64,000 nucleotides of DNA from assembly GCA_024679065.1 (NCBI GenBank), contig JAGIQG010000004.1, positions 28,210,001-28,274,000 of the forward strand, written 5' to 3'. This DNA is from Sphyrna mokarran. Its lineage: Eukaryota. The notes beneath the pieces were generated by a model. That model was not told the DNA's origin, did no database searches, and saw only the letters and a list, made by a program, of their open reading frames with translations. A program made the position numbers and the translations under genes. Below, piece by piece: positions 62,650-64,000 of the stretch (position 1 is its first letter; each line of letters begins with the position of its first letter).

Positions 62650-63780
62650 ATGTTGTTGAAGCTTTACACCCTTGCACTCATCAGGACAATTTGCAAGACT
62701 ACTTAATGTAAGGGGAACAATTTATACTTCATGAGAAGAGAATGTCGGTTGAAAGAAGTATTGCCATGGATAATACAGCAGTTAATTTGTGGCTGACAAG
62801 GTTCGTTTAAATTTGAATTAGTAAGATTGATTCTGGTTAAGGCATTGCCCTGGAGACTGAACCAGAGAAAGGTTGCCTCTCAATTTTGTTTTGTTGAAAC
62901 AGGCACATTGTGTGCATTTTCCTCCTGGTTGCAAAAAGCAGAGTTCTGTGGATTAAATATGCAGCTTCTAGCATATATAGTACTCTCAAATTGGTTATCA
63001 CCATAATTCTTAGCACATTCAGGATTGTTTAGCAAACATTGTCCAATTGCAGAATCGCATCTGATGTTGAACACAAGTGTCTTCCGTGCATGGGCTGGTT
63101 GGAAATGGATGGTACCTTGTCTGTTGTGAGCAGCTGAAGGGTTGTGTTGTTTTGGAATGTAGAGCCTACAAAGGCACTAAAATTCATGTAACTGACTCAT
63201 TTGTGTTCTAAGCACAATGTCTTTCTGGTTTGATGGCAGCATCCTGTTAGTGGACAACACCACTCATGTTGCTACTGGATTGAAGCAATGTAAAATGGCT
63301 AGCTTCATCGTGTCTTTTTAGTATAAACTGCACTGTCCAGGACTGAAATTGGAGGCCTTAGGCCCATTCATAAGTTTGTGCTAAACGTAGCAAACAGTGA
63401 TCAGATCAGGGCAACCGTTATCTCAAAGATGGTTTTGATGCATTATATTTCAGTATTAAGCTTGCATAGCGAGCAAATGGCTTCAGCCTTATTTACAATG
63501 TTATCGGTAAGGCCACCTCATGTATGACTGCTCCAATTCAGTGGTGAATTTGAGCACACAATGGAGCCCATTAAGGTATATAAGTAAATTTTTGCGTGTA
63601 GCTATGGATTCAAATATAGCAATGTATCATCTACAAATATGCAGTATGCAACGGGTAGGAGATTAGGTCTTCTATTAAAGATGAGTTTCTTGTGGAACCC
63701 AGTGTTTGCAATATGCTGGGCCAATGGGGATTCCATGGCAATACATTATTTGGGCATACATGGTGGTATTAAAACTGAAT
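62650..63780 (-). mobile_element. Second, older Penelope-like element of a different family
   Basis: Minus-strand remnants FNTTMYAQ..AMESPL (RT), FVDDT, DSAIGQCLLNNPEC (GIY-YIG C-terminus); decayed hammerhead gtcCTGATGAgtgcaagggtgTAAAgcttc at about 62655-62690. Confidence 0.7.
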
Positions 63781-64000
63781 CATAGAACCCTACAGTGTAG
63801 AAAGAGGCCCTTCAGCCCATTGAGTCTGCACTGAACACAATCCCACCCAGTTCTTACCCCCATATCCCTACATATTATATCCACTAATCTATGCATCCCT
63901 GGACACTAAGGGGCAATTTCTTAGCATGGCCAATCAACCTAATCCGCACATCTTTGGATTGTCGGAGGAAACTGGAGAAAACCCATGCAGACATGAGGAG
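63778..64000 (-). mobile_element. HE1/V-SINE-like element, tail type A (runs off the window end)
   Basis: aatcatagaaccctacagtgtagaaagaggcc tail and V-core. Confidence 0.8.

Noticed and set aside
1-64000. CRISPR arrays, bona fide tRNA/rRNA genes, operon-like systems
   Set aside because: Eukaryotic DNA with no regular repeat-spacer array; tRNA-like A/B boxes all belong to SINE heads.

Overview
Vertebrate genomic DNA, about 38-40% GC by eye. The repeat content (HE1/V-SINE-like SINEs, CR1 LINEs, Penelope-like elements) points to a cartilaginous fish, probably a shark; this is inference. The window holds the last three coding exons and a long 3' UTR of AP1G1 (+), then about 33 kb of repeat-rich intergenic DNA, then the CpG-island promoter and first three exons of PHLPP2 (+), the same gene order as in mammals. 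Intergenic and intronic DNA contains a processed SPCS2 pseudogene, a fossil hAT transposase, two young near-identical CR1 LINEs in opposite orientation, RTE/L2/Rex1-like fossils, about 15 tRNA-derived SINEs and Penelope-like elements. The most notable observations are an intact minimal hammerhead ribozyme on the sense strand of a PHLPP2 intron, a recent duplication-plus-inversion rearrangement at 25.3-26.9 kb, a long-TIR Ginger-like element in an AP1G1 intron, and a POU/octamer site cluster with a uORF at the PHLPP2 5' end. I found no wholly new multi-gene system. Exon coordinates are exact; repeat boundaries are approximate, and all family assignments come from remembered motifs, not database searches.
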